64,000 nt of DNA. Source: Callorhinchus milii (Eukaryota). Below, piece after piece: positions 62,772 to 64,000 of this stretch (position 1 is its first letter; every line of letters starts with the position of its first letter). Location of the stretch: positions 100,628,001-100,692,000 of the forward strand of contig NW_024704743.1 of NCBI RefSeq assembly GCF_018977255.1. Direction: 5' to 3'. The notes under the pieces were generated by a model, which did no database searches, was not told where the DNA came from, and saw only the letters and a list, made by a program, of their open reading frames with translations. Both the position numbers and the translations under genes were made by a program.

Positions 62772-63150
62772 TACAATACAAAATTATATTTGTATGGCAT
62801 CTTTCACATCGGGAGGACGTCCCAAGGCGCTGGAAATCAGAGATTTGGACACAAACCCTGGGGGTGGGGTGGGTTTTTTGGTAAGGGAGGATAGGAGGGT
62901 GGCCGAAGGCATGGTCGAAGAGGAGAGTCTTGAGACATGCCTTCAAGCAGGCAAGGGAGAGGGCAAGGCAAAGGGAATGTGGGATGGAGTTCCAAAGGGT
63001 GGGGGCGGGAAGGCTGAAGACCCAACCAGTGACAGGGACATTGAGCAGGCCGGAGCATGCTGAGCGGAGTGAACCCAGACAAGTTGATAAGGGGTTAGCA
63101 GGTCACTGAGGTAGGAAGGGGCAAGATCGTGGAGGGCCTTGATGGCGATT
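62772..63150 (-). mobile_element. L2 LINE 3' end
   Basis: AIKALHDLAPSYLSDLLTPYQ; tail TTTCACATCGGGAGGACGTCCCAAGGCGCT. Confidence 0.85.
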
Positions 63151-64000
63151 GCTCCCAAATAGAGGGAATCTGGAGAGAGACAGGAACTGGGGAATCTCTG
63201 GAAGCACAAGATCAAATGGGCCAAAGGATCTTCTTCATATGTACCTCTTGTAATCTTCCTACCACCACACATTTCTCTTTAAGATTTTGCAGCACTACTT
63301 TTATATGGTCTACAAGGAGGCATTCACTTTCTTGCAACCAAAGTGATTACACCATTGGTCCCCATGATTAATTCTTCCTTTATTTATGCCAAATAGAACA
63401 GAAATGAAAATAGAAGGACTGTGCCACAACCCTCTGAGGAAGACTTGACATTATTAAGACATTTACTATCCCTAAGGTAATATTTATATGTCACTGATGC
63501 CTCCAGCTGTCTCCAACAATTATTTTAAGAAACTGACCCCATTTTTTCAGCCCTTTTCATAGAGGCATTATTACAGATGTACAATTAATTAATAATAATG
63601 ATCCTACCCTTGGTATAATGCCTTTCACGGTGGGAGGATGTCCCAAAGTACTTCACAGGATATACTGTAAGATGTAATAGCCAAACTTTTTGGTCTGCCA
63701 ACAAAATAAAGGTTCTTGATTGAATACATTTTGATTTATGGCCACAACTTAAACACCACTCAATAACCACTGAAAACAAAACATTGATTTAAAACAGACT
63801 CACCTAGAATAGTGAAAATGTTTGTCAGGTCATGTCTTAACAGTCCTGTGGAACACTTGCAGCCGTGGGCCATGGGTTGGCTATCATCGCTATGTGTTTG
63901 TGTGAACCCAGCAGTCAATTTGCACACTTCAGTGTCTCACAAACAACCATGAAATAAATGACCAATTTTGTTTGGAGATTATTTTTCAGGATACCAGGAG

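Noticed and set aside
1..64000. CRISPR array, prokaryotic operon, rRNA or intact autonomous transposon
   Set aside because: No regularly spaced repeats with unique spacers, no dense ORF organisation, no rRNA motifs; all LINE copies are truncated or frameshifted.

Overview
This is AT-rich, CpG-depleted vertebrate genomic DNA, intronic or intergenic. The repeat content points to a cartilaginous fish, probably a chimaera or shark. That is an inference from SacSINE1/Deu-like SINEs, HER1/CR1-like LINE tails and a Penelope-like terminus. I cannot confidently name any protein-coding gene: nearly all long ORFs in the track are frameshifted L2 or CR1 LINE remnants or run through SINEs. A large share of the window is transposon debris: L2 LINE fragments, CR1 fragments, an old Deu-type tRNA SINE, a younger tRNA-Ala-headed SINE with an L2-type tail, hairpin MITE-like elements and an unnamed ancient repeat of about 450-500 bp. 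The most notable sequence-level observations are: (i) a 3' RNA stem-loop with compensatory base changes shared by two L2 families and the young SINE; (ii) two head-to-head SINE pairs homogenised to near identity across about 280 bp spacers; (iii) a decayed minimal hammerhead ribozyme in a TSD-flanked Penelope-like insert; (iv) a candidate phase-1/phase-1 exon next to a CTCF + NF-kB motif cluster; (v) a near-perfect 28-bp hairpin. I found no evidence for a complete novel multi-gene system. Repeat boundaries were read by eye and are approximate, and family names come from recalled consensus features rather than a database search.
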